A model generated the notes under the pieces. It did not search any database. It was not told where the DNA came from and saw nothing but the letters and a program-made list of their open reading frames with translations. A stretch of 64,000 nucleotides of DNA from Squalus acanthias (taxonomy: Eukaryota), in assembly GCA_030390025.1 (NCBI GenBank), contig JASTWF010000034.1, forward strand, positions 2,108,001 to 2,172,000, written 5' to 3'. The position numbers and the translations under genes were made by a program. Every line of letters starts with the position of its first letter. The first letter of the stretch is position 1. Positions 61,201 through 64,000 of this stretch are shown here, piece by piece.

Positions 61201-63512
61201 ATTCTTTGAGGAGGTAACTAAGTGTGTAGATGAAGGTAGAGCAGTTGATGTCGTATACATGGATTTTAGTAAGGCGTTTGATAAGGTTCCCCATGGTCGT
61301 CTCATGAAGAAAGTAAGGAGTTGTGGGATAGAGGGAAATTTGGCCGATTGGATAAGTAACTGGCTATCTCATAGAAGGCAGAGGGTGGTGGTGGATGGAA
61401 CATTTTCGGACTGGAGACCAGTTACCAGCGGTGTGCCACAGGGGTCGGTGCTGGGTCCTCTGCTGTTTGTGATTTTTATCAATGACTTGGAGGAGGGGAC
61501 TGAAGGGTGGATCAGTAAATTTGCTGATGACACCAAGATTGGTGGAGTAGTGGATGAGGTGGAGGGCAGTTGTAGGCTGCAAAGAGACATTGATAGGATG
61601 CAGAGCTGGACCGAAAAATGGCAGATGGAATTTAACCCGGATAAGTGCGAGCTGATTCATTTTGGTAGGGCAAATGTGAATAAGGATTACAGGGTCAACG
61701 GCAGGGTTCTGAGGAACGTGGAGGAGCAGAGGGATCTGGGGGTTCATATCCACAGATCTCTGAAGGTTGCCACTCAAGTGGATAGAGCAGTAAAGAAGGC
61801 CTATGGTGTGTTGGCGTTTGTTAACAGAGGGTTTGAGTTTAAGAACCGTGAGGTTATGCTGCAACTGTACAGGACCTTGGTGAGACCACATTTGGAATAT
61901 TGTGTGCAGTTCTGGACACCTCACTATAGGAAGGACGTGGAAGCATTGGAAAGAGTGCAAAGGAGATTTACCAGGATGCTGCCTGGTTTGGTGGGGAGGT
62001 CTTATGAGGAAAGAGTGAGGGAGTTGGGGCTTTTCTCTTTAGAGCGGAGGAGGATGAGAGGCGACTTAATAGAGGTTTATAAGATGATGAGGGGGACAGA
62101 TAGAGTGGATGTTCAGAGACTATTTCCTCGGGTAGAGGCAGCTGTTACAAGTGGGCATAACTATAAGGTGCATGGGGGGAGATAGAGAAGGGATGTCCGA
62201 GGTAGATTCTTTACTCAGAGAGTGGTTGGGGTGTGGAATGGACTGCCTGCTGTGATAGTGGAGTCGGACACTTTAGGAACTTTCAAGCGATAATTGGATA
62301 AGCACATGGAGCACACCAGAGTGATAGGGAGTGTGATAGCTTGATCTTGGTCTCGGACAATGCTCGGCACAACATCGAGGGCCGAAGGGCCTGTACTGTG
62401 CTGTACTGTTCTATGTTCTATGTTCTATAGTTGAATAGCCATTACTGCGTGCAGACATGTGTTTGGCAGAGGTGCCTACCATAGTTGAATAGCCATTACT
62501 GTGTGCAGACATGTGTTTGGCAGAGGTGCCTACCATAGTTGAATAGCCATTACTGTGTGAAGACATGTGTTTCGCAGAGGTGCCTATTATAGTTGAATAG
62601 CCATTACTGTGTGCAGACATGTGTGTTGGCAGATGTGCCTATGTTAGTTGAATAGCCATTACTGAGTGCAGACATGTGTTTGGCAGATGTGCCTATCTAA
62701 GTTGAATAGCCTTTACTGTGTGCAGACATGTGTTTGGCAGAGATGCCTTACATAGTTGAAGAGCCATTACTTTGTGCAGCCATGTGTTTGGCAGATATGC
62801 CTATCATAGTTGAATAGCCATTACTGTGTGCAGCCATGTGTTTGGCAGATGTGCCTATTATAGTTGAATAGCCATTACTGTGTGCAGACATGTGTTTGGC
62901 AGAGGTGCCTATCATAGTTGAATAGCCATAACTGTGTGCAGACATGTGTTTGGCAGAGGTGCCTATCATAGTTGAATAGCCATTACTGTGTGCAGCCATG
63001 TGTTTGGCAGATGTGCCTATCATAGTTGAATAGCCGTTACTGTGTGCAGCCATGTGTTTGGCAGAGGTGCCTATTATAGTTGAATAGCCATTACTGTGTG
63101 CAGACATGTGCTTGGTAGATTTGCCTCCCATAGTTGAATAGCCATTACTGTGTGCAGACATGTGTTTGGCAGATGTGCCTATTATAGTTGAATAGCCATT
63201 ACTGTGTGCAGACATGTGTTTGGCAGAGGTGCCTATTATAGTTGAATAGCCATTACTGTGTGCAGACATGTGTTTGGCAGAGGTGCCTTACATAGTTGAA
63301 GAGCCATTACTGTGAGCAGCCATGTGTTTGGCAGATATGCCTATCTTAGTTGAATAGCCATTACTATGTGCAGCCATGTGTTTGGCAGATATGCCTCCCA
63401 TAGTTGAATAGCCATTACTGTGTGCAGCCATGTGTTTTCAGATGTGCCTATCATAGTTGAATAGCCAGTGCTGTGTGCAATCATGTGTTTGGCTGATGTA
63501 CCTCCCATAGTA
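58215..63512 (+). repeat. 54-bp satellite (CATAGTTGAATAGCCATTACTGTGTGCAGCCATGTGTTTGGCAGAGGTGCCTAC)n, split by CR1 at 58716-62426
   Basis: ~9 units on the left and ~20 on the right; 18-aa periodic ORFs. Confidence 0.97.
58716..62426 (+). mobile_element. Young CR1 LINE: ORF1 SGNH-esterase part (to 59442), almost intact ORF2, 3' tail
   Basis: ORF1 has IVIGDSIVRG, VHIGTND and DGLHLN. ORF2 is open for 846 aa (ETW, GDFN, SDH, YMDFSKAFD, FADDTK) between nonsense codons at 59621 and 62183. (TTCTATG)n tail; ATAGTT duplicated at 58710-58715 and 62427-62432. Confidence 0.96.
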
Positions 63513-63513
63513 T

Positions 63514-63860
63514 ATTTTTATTCGTTTATGGGATGTGGGCTTCGCTGGCATGGCTAGCATTTATTGCCCATCCCTAGTTGCCTTTGAGAAGGTGGTGGTG
63601 AGCTGCCTTCTTGAACCGCTGCAGTCTGTGTGGTGAAGGTACTCCCACATTGCTGTTAAGTAGGGAGTTACAGGATTTCGACCCAGCGATGATGAAGGAT
63701 CGGCAATATACTTCTAAGTCAGAATGGTGTGTGACTTGGAGGGGAACTTGAAGGTGGTGGTGTTCCCATGCGCCTGCCCTTGTCCTTCTAGGTGGAAGAG
63801 GTCGCGGGTTTGGGAGGAGCTGCCGAAGAAGCCTTGGTGAGTTGCTGTAGTGTATCTTGT
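63514..63860 (-). mobile_element. CR1/L2-like LINE 3' end
   Basis: The minus strand ends ..CTAGGGATGGGCAATAAATGCT..GCCCACATCCCATAAACGAATAAAAA; same family as 12405-12615. Confidence 0.8.
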
Positions 63861-64000
63861 TGAATAGCGGTTAATCTGTGCAAGGTGTGGGATGTGGATG
63901 TGTGTTTTATGAAATTGCCATAGGTTTGAATGAGTGTTGGGCATTTGGGTTTGTCAACCCTCTGGGCAAAGAGTGAAGTTGAGATGGAGAGATGTGGAGG

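Noticed and set aside
58217..63269. 18-aa repeat ORFs (GTSAKHMAAHSNGYSTM)
   Set aside because: Translation of the 54-bp satellite; the array contains indels and is split by a CR1.

Overview
Repeat-dense vertebrate genomic DNA, most likely from a shark or other cartilaginous fish. This is inferred from an HE1/V-SINE, abundant CR1 LINEs and a GPR139-like receptor exon; no database was searched. Host-gene content is small: a decayed C2H2 zinc-finger exon (1-316), four consecutive intron-flanked exons of an unprocessed PEX5 pseudogene (13179-15309), a triplicated promoter-plus-two-exon cassette, and the large coding exon of a GPR139-like GPCR (54326-55227, minus). The rest is satellites (67, 54, ~33, 30 and 27 bp units) and nested mobile elements: many CR1 copies, L2, RTE, Harbinger and two Penelope copies with minimal hammerhead-ribozyme motifs. 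Two structures stand out. (1) A full-length Tx1-clade LINE with an intact ORF2 sits in the hammerhead region of a Penelope pseudo-LTR, flanked by a perfect 54-bp duplication. (2) A young 7.9-kb endogenous retrovirus (LTRs ~99% identical, tRNA-Ser PBS, 4-bp TSD) has in-frame gag-UGA-pro, a gamma-type env, and an apparent second, unrelated env-like remnant placed before integrase. Boundaries of decayed repeats are approximate.
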